The notes under the pieces are model-generated. The model did not search any database, was not told the DNA's origin, and was given only the letters and a program-made list of their open reading frames with translations. A stretch of DNA of 64,000 nucleotides from Octopus sinensis (taxonomy: Eukaryota): contig NC_043012.1 in NCBI RefSeq assembly GCF_006345805.1, positions 13,392,001 through 13,456,000 of the forward strand, read 5' to 3'. The stretch's first letter is position 1. Each line of letters opens with the position of its first letter. Below, piece after piece: positions 11,685-24,599 of the stretch. The position numbers and the translations under genes are program-made.

Positions 11685-12299
11685 CCTGCTCGCTTAGCCA
11701 GCGGGGTGGCGTCATTTCAAGGCTAAAACAATGCGAAGCGTATTGTGACCAGTGATGCGTAGCAGCATCTGATAGCCTGGTCAGTCATGTGATCATGTGT
11801 GATATATATATATAGAGATAAATAAATAAATAGATATGTCTGACAATATAAGAAATAGAAATAAATAAAATATAAATAATAAATAAATAAATCCATATAA
11901 AGAGTATGGATAAAAACAACATACGAAGCGACCTCATACGCACACAAACACATACACGCAAAAAAAAATTCACGGATGACCATAACAATATCAACAACAC
12001 GAGTAACAACGGAAGTAGCAGCCGCGGTGACAAGGATAGCAATAACAACAACCACAAGTATCACGATGGAAAGAGTAGGGCGAACACAGAGACACAGAGA
12101 GAAACAGGAACTGTACCAAATTTTCGCGACATCAGCAGCACAGGGGAGTGAGTGAATGGGGCTGTTTGTGAATAGAAAACAAACATCAACAAACAGAAAT
12201 GAAGCTATAGCAAATCATGTTTAATCCCGCACGGCACGTCCAAAACCACCCGGATCAGGGGCAGTGATCTGGCCTAGAACGGTCGTTATTTCACAACAG

Positions 12300-14600
12300 A
12301 TCACATACATGGTTGCGCAAAAACAGGCATAAGTGGGTAAAGGAAGAGTATGATACAATTATTGAAATATCATGAAAGAGCAAAGCTGGGAAGAAATCGC
12401 AGAGTAGGCCAATGTACATTGAAATTTTGGATGGAAAAGAACATGCATCCAATGTCAGAAAATGAACTAATTAACCAGGAGGAAGGTTTACTTGACTGGA
12501 ATTGAAATATTTCGGATTAGTGAGTTTGAGAGCTGCTGCGGATGGGTTACAAAGGATGATCTGAGTTGAAAACAGAGAGGTAGGAGTTGAAAGCAAGAAG
12601 AGTAGTAGTCAGGTGGAACAGGGAAATGGTGATGGGGCAGTTAAGGATGAGGAAAAGGCTCGTTATACAGTGAACTCTGACACCGTGGTGGATGGACATG
12701 TAGGGGAAATGAACCAACTAGATAATGAAATGCTTGAAATTCAAAGACGACTCACCGACTTGAATGATCCAGAAAAAAAGTTTAGATAGGAGTATCATAA
12801 ATAAAGTAACACAAATTATAAATAGTCATACCATATATCCAGACGGAGGACATGTCACAAACAAGGAATCTTTGAGTTATTGCACTACTTGCTGAGAAGA
12901 AATTACAACTTCAGAGAGCAAAAAATGGTGGGGCAAAAGAACCATGGTGGAAAAGACGCATTCAAAGGGACATAAAGTTGGCAAGGCAAGATCTGGAGAA
13001 AATTGAGAAACAGTTAAGAGGAAACTAGAAAAATGGGAAAAGGACCGACCGAAAAATTTAGAGAAGAAATATAAAATATAAAGAACGGGTTTGATGCAGT
13101 ATTCGAGCAGTTAAAACAGAGGATCGTGAAAAAAAGCCAAACTTTAGAAGATTTGTGAACAGAAAGAAGCAGTTCGAGAAGAACAGATTTTCAAAATAAC
13201 CCGAAGCAATTCTTCCTAACGTTAGGAGGAGACAATGGGGGATAATATTGCTCCTGATGTAAATCAAGCCAAGGAGTTCTGGAGCGGATTATGAAGAAAC
13301 AATATGGAGCATAAAAGGGATGCAATGTGCATAGGAACTAGAGATACACTTTCCTGGCTAAGGAAGACATACTACTAAGGAAACAAAACGATGTAGGAAG
13401 AGTGCTCAGGGTACCAAGAATCACCAGGTAATCGATAAAAATAGGTTGAGTTATTGTAAAACACATCATAAAAATCTCTGTAGTTTGGATTGACTTTAAG
13501 AAGGCATATGATATGGTGCCTCATTCTTGGATCGTTGAACGACTGCAGATGTTTGGTGTTGATGAAGACATCACAATTTTTCTAATGCGGAGCATGAAAC
13601 AATGGAAAACCAAATTGTACTGAAGTAATGTATTCCTTGGAAAAGTTAATAGCGGCATCTTCTAAGGTGACTCGTTTTCTCCGTTACTTTTTGTAATTGT
13701 ATTAATACCCATATAAATGACACTTAGGAAAGTTAAGATGGGTTACTGATGTGGGAAGAAATTCCCATCACTGAACCATCTTATGTTTATGGATAACCTG
13801 AAATTGTTTGGGAAGTCTGAAAAGCAGATAGATTCTTAACCAAAACAGTCCAGAAGTGTGTTTGGGACATCGGAATGGAATTTGGGATTACCAAATGCTC
13901 AGTACTTAATATGAAAAAGAGGGAAGAAAGCATTTTGCAGAGGATTGCGGATATCATCAGGAGAGACAATGGGTGAACACGATGGTAGTGAGTATAGATA
14001 TTTAGGGACTTTGGAGCTTGATGGCATTCTACACAAAGAAATGAAAGTCAAGGTCAGTAAGGCGTATCGAGAAAGGGTAAAGACAGTGTTGAAATTCAAC
14101 CTGAATGCCAAACATTTGATTACCGCAATGAATATCTAGACAGTTGCGGTGGTCAGATATAGTGAGTCCATCCTCAAACGGACTAAGGAGGAAATATCAA
14201 CACTGAATAGATGAACGAGAAAGGTGATGACGCTGCATGGGTGCCACACCCTAAAGCAAACGTAAACAGACTGTATATGAAAAGAAAGAATGGTAGCAGA
14301 AGAATAATTATTAAAGATCATTGTATAAGGAGTGAAAGGAGAACGCTTGCCGAGTATTTCATAAACCGTGATGAAGACCTACTGCAATATGCCACGAAAG
14401 ATATGGGTGTAAATGCAGATGAAAGTCTATCCAAAAAAGGATGAAATGAGTTCCCGAGAATGGAGAGAAGAGCAGATGTCAACTCGGGATTTGCGATTCC
14501 TTTCCGACAATTCATGAGACACCCATTTTCCAAGTTTAGGAAAGTTACCAAGTGGTTGAAGAAGATGATGAACAGTTGCATGGTTTGAACTAAGGTCTCT
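12300..14600 (+). mobile_element. R4/Dong-like non-LTR retrotransposon, decayed RT region with internal deletions
   Basis: Frameshifted motifs KEPWWKRRIQ, VVWIDFKKAYDMVPHSWI, GIF*GDSFSPLLFVIVLIP, HLMFMDNLKLF, YRYLGTLE and RLYMKRKNG; many stops. Confidence 0.85.
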
Positions 14601-14609
14601 ATTGTCAAT

Positions 14610-15054
14610 TCTCCAACTTATAATGTAGGATTTTCTTCACATAATGCCTCAAGGTGCTTATCATCAAACTCAACTGGACGTCCTGTTCGATCTTCATCTT
14701 CAAGTGTGAAATCTCCACTTCTGAATTTTGCAAGCCATCTTCTGCAAGTTCTTTCATTCAAGCATTCTTTCCCATAAACTGAGTGTATGTTTCGAGTCGT
14801 TCCGGCTGCAGAGTTTCCTTTTTTGTACTCATAAAGCATTATGTGCCTTAAATGCTCTTTGGATACTTCCATGTTAGAAGCGGTTTAATCAAAGAAATTT
14901 TAATTTTATAATTCTGTAAAATAATATTTAATTAGTTTAAATGTAAACAAATGCAGAAAATAACTTTTAATTCCATTAGACATTCCGAAAAGCTATTAAA
15001 TGTCCTTCAATTTTAAAAAAGGTGAACTCGGACAGAACTTAAAGGATGACCTGA
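14610..15054 (-). mobile_element. Mariner 5' fragment
   Basis: ORF 14618-14872 reads MEVSKEHLRHIMLYEYKKGNSAA...RRWLAKFRSGDFTLEDEDRTGRP; TIR-like TA|TCAGGTCATCCTTTAAGTT at 15054. Confidence 0.8.
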
Positions 15055-15907
15055 TATATTGAGGCCAGAAATTCTATATATATCTTCATTTTCCTTTGTA
15101 AGTGAAATGTGGAAAAAAATCGATGAGGACTTGGGGATACAGGAGGATATCTGTCTTCAGTAGCTTTTCTTACCTCAACTACACAACTTTCCTCTTCAAA
15201 GCCACCACACTGATAAGACAACTGCCCACACATCTTGGTCAAACAAATTTCCCGACAAGCAACTCGAACCTGAAAACACACTATCTGATAAACTCTAAAC
15301 CACACTACTGATATGTTTATGGAATTCAGCTTTTAAATAGGCAGAAATTCTAAGCTAAAGAAATAATGCGCAACCGAGAAATGAGTACTTATCGAAAGTA
15401 ATATAATGAAACATTTTCTATAAGTGTGCTTAAGATATTTTGCCGAATAGCATCAAGTTTGCTTTAGATTCTTCAAGAAATGTGCATTTACTTGCATCTT
15501 CAGAGAAAAATACTTTTATATATCTCTCTTTTACGCTTTTATTTGTGTGGTCACTCTCTTTCTTTCTTTCAGTCTTTCATTCGTTCTTTCTTTCTTATCT
15601 TATTTGTTTGTTTACTTCCTGTTTGCTTCTTTGCAAGAGAAAGAGAGAGAGAGAGAGGATGTGAGAGAGAAAGAAAGAAAGGGAAAGAGAGAACGTGAGA
15701 AAGAAAGAAAGAAAAAAGAGAGAGATCATATGTTTATAAAGAAGTGACAGTATTTGTAGATGCATATTAAGAAATGCAGAAGACACCAGTACTTCTTCTA
15801 TCGATCTCTTTTGACGTATACACACCAGCATCGGTTGTCAAGCGATGTTGGGGGGACAAACATAGACTCAAAAACATAAAACACACATACATATATATAT
15901 ACATATA

Positions 15908-16072
15908 TACGACGAGCTTCTTTCAGTTTCCGTCTACCAAATCCACTCACAAGGCTTTGGTCGGGCTGAAGCTATAGTAGAAGACACTTGCCCAAGGTGC
16001 CACGCAGTTGGACTGAACCCGGAACTATGTGGTTGATAAGCACGCTACTTACCGCACAGCCATTCCTGCGCC
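15908..16072 (-). mobile_element. tRNA-derived SINE, family A head
   Basis: Reverse complement of the 35520 head. Confidence 0.8.
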
Positions 16073-16263
16073 TATAAAAACAAGCAACGTTATCATCGGG
16101 CGTGATTCGAACTCACTACTTAAAGGAACGTTACTAAATACAGGAAAGCAGTTTCACCGTTGCTCGCTCATGATTTTTGCCAACCTACTACATTTATCTA
16201 ATCGCTAACAGTCCATATACACACACACACATACACACACATACACACAAACACACATACACA

Positions 16264-16307
<44 letters not shown>

Positions 16308-16324
16308 CTTTTATTCTATTCTTC

Positions 16325-16700
16325 TATTGCATCAGACATTTGAGTGCGACCATGCTGCAGCACCTCATTGAAGGGTGTTTTTAGTCTACTACTTATTCTA
16401 TCCCACTCTTATGCCGAACCGCTATGTCATGGGGAAATAAACACACCAACACCGGTTGTTAAGCGGTGATGTGGTAGAAAAAAGACAGAAACAAAGATTC
16501 GTGAACACACGGATATATATATGTGTGTGTATGTGTGTGTGTGTGTGTGTTCGATGGGCTTCTTTAAGTTTCCGTCTATCAAATCCACTCATAATGCTCT
16601 GAGCGGGTGAGCCTACAGTAAAAGTCACATTCCCAGGTACTGCTCGACCCGGAAACATGTGGTTGACAACCAAGCGTCTTACCACACAGCTACGCATCAT
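16325..16700 (-). mobile_element. tRNA-derived SINE, family A (head, microsatellite, tail), decayed
   Basis: Head at 16549-16700 and tail module at 16325-16500 in the expected order on the minus strand. Confidence 0.65.
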
Positions 16701-16809
16701 ACACTTACACACTCACACGCACGCACAGACATATAGATAGATACATGAATAGATAAATATATAGATAGATAGACATATAGATAGTTAGATAGCTAGCTAG
16801 CTAGCTAGC

Positions 16810-16906
<97 letters not shown>

Positions 16907-17819
16907 GAAGAGAGAGCGGAGAGAGAGAAAGTGCCATGGAGACAAAGATACGTGTAGATAGACATTAATTAAAATCAATTATATTTCTTTTATTTTATAT
17001 TATATCTTCAAGGACTGTTAAGAAATATTTCCCGTTATGAAATATAAATACTTCAAAATCTTTCTTTAGCATCGAATTTCCAAGTGATTTTCTTGTATTC
17101 TTTGCAGACAAAGAAAGAAACAATATCAAAAGTAGTGAAAGATAAAGCATTAATACAAATGTATAGTCACCAAAAGCAACACTCAAATATAGACGGAATT
17201 ACCTCTTAACATGTGATAAAAGTAGGAATAACAAAAATTAAACTGAAAACATTCAAAGATTTTTAGAAGTTGTATGCATGTTCTTACCCGTTCATTGCAA
17301 ATAAAAGTGGAATTCTATGGCTGCAAGTGAAAATGACTTAGGTAATTTAAGATTACGACATAACTTACATCAAAACTTTAGTATTTTGATTGTGAAATAC
17401 TTGTAGAAAATATATCTATAAAGGCTATCTATAAGCCGGCATAAATTCGTGTTGCAGCATCTACGTCAAACATGTTAAATCATGTCAGACAACAGGCGAA
17501 AGAAAAAGGATAGCGGATTGGAAATGGCGATCACTTCTCAGAACACAACAATGCCATTTGTGATGATGCGACGGTGGATTAAATATTCAGGCGGGTAAAT
17601 TTTAACTATTACAGCAATCCCTCGACCATCGAGGGTGCTACGTTCCCCCTGCCCCCACGCAATAGGTGAAAATTCTTGTAGTAGAAACAGTACATTTACT
17701 GTATATTTTACTTTATTTCTTTTATATAATGCATATATTTATTTTATTATGAATGCAAAACAACACCACACAGTAAAGGGCGTAAGCTTAAACAGCGATA
17801 GGTGAACTGCGATATGGAG

Positions 17820-18290
17820 AGGATTACTGGACAGGTTGGGGCAGACGTAACTCCCTTTTTTATTTGTATAATTTTTATAGTTTTCTACTTTCAACAAGAT
17901 AGTGCAACATCTCACTATGGTTAAAACCTTTCAAGAACGGTTAAAACTTAATTTTGAGGTGAGCTGTATAGGACCACGTTGAGCGATTATGTGGTCATCA
18001 CGATCATCAGACCCAACATTATCTGACTTTTTTCTTGAAAGATCTCGTTTACTCCCTGAAACCGAAATCAATTCATGAATTAAAACTAGCAATTTCTGAT
18101 AAATGTTCTGAAATTAACGTTGAAATGTGTCAAAATCTTTGTAGAAGTGTTGCTTGGAGTGTTCAGCGTTGTACTGAAAACGCAGGCGAGCGTTTTGAAC
18201 ATGTTAATTAAATTTTTTATGAATTAGGACTTTCAGGGAGCATAGTGCAATTAATTTTCATTGCTTCTTTTCATTTCTTTTACCACCCTA
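17820..18290 (+). mobile_element. Tc1/mariner-superfamily transposase C-terminal remnant
   Basis: Translates as WSSRSSDPTLSDFF..LKDLVYSLKPKSIHELKLAISDKC...MCQNLCRSV...CTENAGERFEHVN* (decayed WPPRSPDLTPLDFF...GxxFEH). Confidence 0.6.
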
Positions 18291-20439
18291 ATAATTTTTT
18301 GTACAATAAAAAATTACTAAATACACGAAAAGGTTGCACTATAAAAATTACTTAAAAACAAGGGCATGAATTATGCCGCACGCCGTAAAATAATTCGTAT
18401 GTGCTCTCTTAAACCGAAGTATAATTGGTGTAATCAGCTTATTCGAAAAAGTCGTTACGCCGCAAATTCTTTTCCTAGTCAATTCAAATGTATATATCAG
18501 TTCTTAAAAATCGTAAGAATATAAAGATTCTCCAGATGGCTAGATCCGTACTGAAGTGCATGACAGCAAGAAATTTTGTCATATTAGTGAAGGTCATTAT
18601 TATTAACTGGTCTATTAGGAACATCCCCCAAAGAATCTTTAATTATAGATCTCAGAATATATGTCCCTAGAAAAATAGATGCCTGGAAAACCATTAATGC
18701 AGATGGTTAGCATTAGGATTTAAACAGATCAATAAAAGCCTACATTGAATGATGGGAAACACCTTCAAAGAGATATGTGCACAACAGCCACTGTCGTCCA
18801 GAGACAAAAAGTAAAAGTCACGCATATGTTTATCGGTTAAGGTCCAGGCACTTAAAGAAAGGAATGTGAATAACTCCTGTACAATTTGCAGCCTCATAGG
18901 AGCAACAAATGTGAACCCGGTAATTACCGAAAATAATAAATATTAGATCATCAACAGTGGACGTTTTACACACCAGAAAAGAAATATTCCCTCTTACGTG
19001 CAAAAGTATCATCTCATATTTCGAAATTTCAAGCATGACCCCATTACCTTACCCACCATGCCACCCCTTCAACCTAGTAGATTTGTGTTGCTTTAGATTG
19101 AGCATATGTGCATTCTGCATTACTTGTATACTATGCATTAAAGACATAGACTGGCTTGATATTATACCGGACTTACAACACAAATATGCCTAACACATAT
19201 TCATGACATCATACGATTCACAGAAGAAAATATGTTCATGAAGCTATGAACTTACAATTTCATGGATGAAGTTTGGAATAAAAGAATTTGTGAAATCTCA
19301 TAAGTTTGTGCACTTGCTCAAATAAGTATATAACGCATGATGCAGATGTGCAAGTGTTTGTGTCTATCAGTGTGTGTGTATGTATGAGTGTGTAGCTATG
19401 TAAATGAACGTGATGGTCTCCAGTAATATACGGGTTCGCTGGAGATGGTTATGTGTAACTCTCGCGTCTAATTGCGCCGTTTATTTTAACCGAGGCGTTA
19501 ATGATGTAGTATTCTTCTACATATCTTCTTAAATACCACCTTTAAAACATCAGTCTTCGTCCAGATCGTCATAATTAAAAGCATAGACTATTCTAGCAAA
19601 GTAATTTTTCCAATGTTAGCGCTTTAAAATGCGATGGGAATTAGATTACAAAATTTACTGACTCGTTTGTTGGTCAGATTTGCTTGTCCTCTGACAGTTT
19701 TTTCCAGTAGCTTTTCTTGTTCTCAGTCTTCCTGGAGTATTTTTTCTCTGTTTTCGGCATTGTGGACGGTTCTGTTTACTTCAAATTTATTCATATTTAG
19801 TGTGATGTTAATTTGTGTTGGTGTATCTTTTTGAAACAAACTCCCTCCTAAAGTATCTGGGAAAACTGAATACGTTTTTGAACTACCAGTAATATTTTAG
19901 GAGAAATTTAAGCAGGATAACGTGGTTAATTTTAATTGATTGATATAAAATGAAAAGAAAACTCGGAAACTAAGCAGATGTTAATGTGTATATTCATTTT
20001 TGTAGAGACCCTATGTATACTTCCTCACGCAAACACACACATACACGTACATACACACACACGCGCGCGCGCACATACACACACACAATCCACTTTATGC
20101 ACCTCTATGCAGCTCCGCTTGCCCTGTTTCATTCATTGAGCATGAGTTTTATTCCCAGAATTTATATAATAGTAATCTTCCAGTACACCACACAGTGGGA
20201 TCGAATCACGGACCTCGTAGCTATCGGAAAACTCTTTTGTTATTCGTATATACCGCCTACAATTTATGCATGTAATTATTAAGATTAAATACACACCGGC
20301 AGCTACAATTAATGCGTGTATGTACATACATGTGTGTGCGTTTGTGTGTGTGCTTGTGCCTCTGTGTGTGTATGCGGGTTTGTTTGAGCGTGTAAATATA
20401 CATTATATATAAAGGCGAGTAAAACGGAAAGTCATATTT

Positions 20440-20485
<46 letters not shown>

Positions 20486-20580
20486 TTTAAAAATTAAGGG
20501 TAGAAATTGATATAAGTCAATTAAAACCAGTGGTCTAGCACATTAAAAAAAAACCGAAGATTAAAATATTTATATATACC

Positions 20581-20769
20581 AATTAAGGACTGAACACGAA
20601 AAGGTGGACAGTCAACATGCTAGATATAGACGTCAAATCGCCATTCTCCACAGGATTATGTTCTCAAATAAAAATTTTTATTTGAGAACATAATCCTTGT
20701 GGAGAATGGCGATTTGACGTCTATATCTAGCATGTTGACTGTCCACCTTTTCGTGTTCAGTCCTTAATT
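20581..20769. repeat. Spacerless palindrome with 94-bp arms
   Basis: Checked base by base: centre between 20674 and 20675, perfect except one extra T at about 20698; extends with one mismatch to 20571-20779. Confidence 0.95.
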
Positions 20770-20839
<70 letters not shown>

Positions 20840-21394
20840 AGACAAATGTAAATGCTATACGTATACTACACTCATGTATATATATATATATTTATATATG
20901 TATACACATATATATAAATCTATAAGAATATATTTATGCACATTGACAGACGTACCCGCATCTATATAGCTGTATGATTATATGTGTAACTATAAATGAT
21001 CACACCCACGAACACACTTTTGCATACACTTAAACCCGTATAGATTCAGTTGATGCTGTCTTCCTTTTTTTCCCTCTTAATAACTCTTAATTGGATGACA
21101 AGTCAATTCAAAAGTAAAAGAGACATTCGCTTATAGCCTACCTTGTTGTTAAGAAAGACCTTTACTCATTGCTTATTCTCCAGCATTAGGGTGTGTTACC
21201 TAAATGGATATTGCTTGCATTAAATAGTTATGGTTAGGTAACTGACCTAACTATCTTTCCATAAAAGGCTGGTTTATTTGATTTGTGGCCTAAACTCCAT
21301 ATTTCATTAGGGACAAATGATGGAGATCTATTTACATAGCTCTCAAGCAATCCATTAAAATCCAGTGATATAGATTTGCAATTCAATTACGAGA

Positions 21395-21404
21395 TATATA
21401 AAAG
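21395..21404 (+). promoter_or_regulatory. Candidate TATA box for CR-b
   Basis: TATATAAAAG in non-microsatellite context about 600 bp upstream of the ATG; weak evidence in so AT-rich a genome. Confidence 0.2.
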
Positions 21405-21524
21405 TGCACTCACCAACATCTAGCTTTATATGTGTGTGTGTTTTTCTGAGTGCAATTATGAATAAATGTATATTTGTACGTATGTGTTATGATATGTGTG
21501 TGTGTTTATGTATGCGTGTGTGTT

Positions 21525-21559
<35 letters not shown>

Positions 21560-21798
21560 ATGTGTGTGTGTGTGTGTGAGTGTGTGTCTCTGTGTGGGAT
21601 AAATCATTATTTCCTCAGAAGCATTTCCTTCAGATATAAATATCTCCTATTATATGTCAACGACATTTATTTCGCGTATTCCAATGAGACGTTTTAAAAA
21701 ATATTTCATTCGCAAATCCCAACTTATGACTGAAGTTTGCTGTTAGTGTCTGTCCTGATTTTCCACTCAGCAATTTATGCTTGAATGGAATATAACAA

Positions 21799-21958
21799 GT
21801 GAGTAAGTAATATGACAATATTATGTATTACACATTACACGATTTGTACATCATATCCAGCTATTTTGCGTTTTAAATAAGAATGAAAATTTGCATAATT
21901 TACATATTTCCCTGACATTAAATTCTAATGTCGAACACCTCGATAAACTGCTTTGTAG
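21799..21958 (+). other. Candidate 5' UTR intron of CR-b
   Basis: Overlapping donors GTGAGT (21799) and GTAAGT (21803), branch-like TTCTAAT (21923-21929) and acceptor CTGCTTTGTAG ending at 21958, 42 nt before the ATG. Confidence 0.4.
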
Positions 21959-22000
21959 CCGGAATATTATAGTACCGTAAACACGTAACATTGTAAAAAT

Positions 22001-23164
22001 ATGTATGTTAAATTCTTATTTCTACCAACCGTCTTTGCTCTAGCAGTATCATGTAGCGAAGAAGTACTGTTACAAAAGGATTTGCTAACACATTACAATA
22101 AATATACAAGACCTGTACGAAATATAAATACAACTGTATTTGTTGATGTACGTGCATCTCTAAATAAACTTTATGATTTCAATGTATTTAAAGGAATACT
22201 CGTTGCAGAAATATATATTATAATGCGCTGGAAAGATGAATATCTTTGCTGGAACAAAACAGAGTATGGAAACGCAGAAAGTATCCTTTTACCTAAGGCT
22301 AACATTTGGACACCCAATATTTATATATGTAATGCTATCAAAATCATTGGCAATCATCGTTATGAACGTCAGGTTACGGTATGGCGGAATGGAAATGTAG
22401 AAGAAGAATCGTTTTATACATACCAACTATTCTGCGACGTTGATAATTCTCGATATCCGTTTGACGCACAACTTTGCCGCACGTATATATGCCTACCTTA
22501 TCAAAAGGACAACTTAACCCTGATTAAATCACTTCGTACAAATCCAGTAAGTGATATGGAAGGATGGCATATTGACACGAGTACTGAACCGCTGAAAACA
22601 TACAATGGCCAACAATTCGCAACTCTATCAATACGCTTAACCCGCACAGCTGTTATTAGCAGATTAATTATTATTTTACCGCCGATCATGCTGACGGTTT
22701 TAATAACATGCGCGTTTTTCTTACCAGCATCTGCAGGAGAGAAAGTAACATTTTCAACAACTGTTTTTCTTTCTAATATGGTTTATTTAATCGACAATAC
22801 CAACTTACTAACAAATACAGACGGGAAACTATGTTTGTTCCTGTTGTACCTAATGGGGCTGACAATCATGGGAGGAATTTCATGCATTAGTTCGATTTTG
22901 TTAAGTAGGATTTATATTTATCAGACTATACCGAGAACAACTGCAAAAATTAGTCCAATATCAACGGCAACAACAGAGAAAGAATCAAAAATAATTACTC
23001 AGGACACAAAATATTCCTTACCAAGAATATCATCATTAGAAGAGAGCAAAACCTCATTGAATGGAATGACGCGATGGGAAAAACTTGACAGATTCTTTTT
23101 TGTTCTGTCAACAACAATATTCATGATATTTACTTTGACTTTTGCAATACTTTATTCTCAATGA
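22001..23164 (+). CDS. Cephalopod chemotactile receptor-like Cys-loop channel subunit, 387 aa, uninterrupted CDS (here CR-b)
   Basis: Signal peptide MYVKFLFLPTVFALAVS, then YTRPV, WKDEYLCW, WTPNIYICNA, Cys-loop C-DVDNSRYPFDAQL-C, M1 IIILPPIML, GEK-M2, M3 and M4 (LDRFFFVL). No vicinal CC. The extracellular domain aligns without gaps to CR-a at roughly one-third identity by eye. Confidence 0.95.
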   Translation: MYVKFLFLPTVFALAVSCSEEVLLQKDLLTHYNKYTRPVRNINTTVFVDVRASLNKLYDFNVFKGILVAEIYIIMRWKDEYLCWNKTEYGNAESILLPKANIWTPNIYICNAIKIIGNHRYERQVTVWRNGNVEEESFYTYQLFCDVDNSRYPFDAQLCRTYICLPYQKDNLTLIKSLRTNPVSDMEGWHIDTSTEPLKTYNGQQFATLSIRLTRTAVISRLIIILPPIMLTVLITCAFFLPASAGEKVTFSTTVFLSNMVYLIDNTNLLTNTDGKLCLFLLYLMGLTIMGGISCISSILLSRIYIYQTIPRTTAKISPISTATTEKESKIITQDTKYSLPRISSLEESKTSLNGMTRWEKLDRFFFVLSTTIFMIFTLTFAILYSQ

Positions 23165-23300
23165 ATTTGATTAACGTTTCAATAACTGTAAAACTGATGT
23201 GGCTTATTATATGTAAAAGGAGTTTATAATGTATGGAATTGCTCACCCGCGTTTATTCATAAGGACACTCGCATATGTGCGTATGAGTGTATGTGTGACT

Positions 23301-23344
<44 letters not shown>

Positions 23345-23395
23345 ATATATATTTCTGTGTGTGTTCGTATGCGTGCATGTATATATATAAATATA

Positions 23396-24421
23396 CTAGC
23401 ATTAAAGACCCGTCGTTGCCGGGTCATAGTGCTAGTGCATGTATATAAGTGTAGATATATGTGTACATATTACATGTACATCTATAAATATACATCTACA
23501 CATAAAATACAAAATACAAAGTTATATCTTGATATCGCTAGTGATAACAATACTCAAAATATATAACAGACTGGAATTGTTAGCCCGTCTCTTGTAACTT
23601 CAATCAATTGTATCTTGTCCTCCCTCTTGTATAGAAGTGTGGCTACAATCCAGCCTACCTCTACTTCCGGGGGGGGGGAGGATTTTACATTTTTTTCCGG
23701 GACGTCCTACTTCCCAGATATAAAGGTAAAAATAAAATATTTCCACTTTGCAAGTTCGAGTCGAGTACTCCCTTACACACTCCCTTGACTCGAACCTTGA
23801 TTCTATTGTGGCGAATTTACCGCCTCTGATTAGATACATTTCATAGTCGCACCAAGACACTTTTCAAAGGTGCTTTCTTCCATGTGTTCAGATATTCTTT
23901 TTTCTCTAAATTGTATACTGTATAGACAATAGTCTTTTCTTTAATTTAATTTTTTATTATCCATCTGGATTATTCCATTTCTGCACGCTAATTTTATTTT
24001 TAATTTATTCCCATTCATGTGAAACCACTTATTCAAGTTCAAATCATTAATGCAATTTTGTACCAATTGCTATTTTTACTTTTGTTATGTTACTTTAGTT
24101 TGATTTTAATTATTACTTACTACATATAATTCAATTTTTATTATTATTTTTATTGTTAAAGTGAAAGTATCTGACATAAAATAGAGAAACGTTTTTGTTT
24201 CACTTTTAACACGTAATACTGAAATAGTGGAGAAGATATGATATTGCTATGGGCTCGCTCTAGGCAAGAAGTTTAACATTTTTTTTTGCCCATGAAACTA
24301 CATGGACCCTAAGTAAGGCATGTGTAAAATTTGAATGGAATTGGTTGTGTAGTTCTCAAGTTTTAGGGAAACACACACAGAGACAGACAGACACACATTC
24401 TCAGTTTTATATATATAAAGA
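23396..24421 (-). mobile_element. Non-autonomous Helitron
   Basis: Minus strand starts A|TCTTTATATATATAAAA followed by (TGTC)n-like repeats, has the subterminal hairpin GACCCG/CGGGTC (23407-23425) 7 nt from the terminal CTAG|T, and shows no TSD. Confidence 0.75.
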
Positions 24422-24444
24422 TATATATATATACATGTATATAC

Positions 24445-24513
<69 letters not shown>

Positions 24514-24554
24514 TAGGATATGCATGATATACATATATATACTTATATATGATG

Positions 24555-24599
<45 letters not shown>

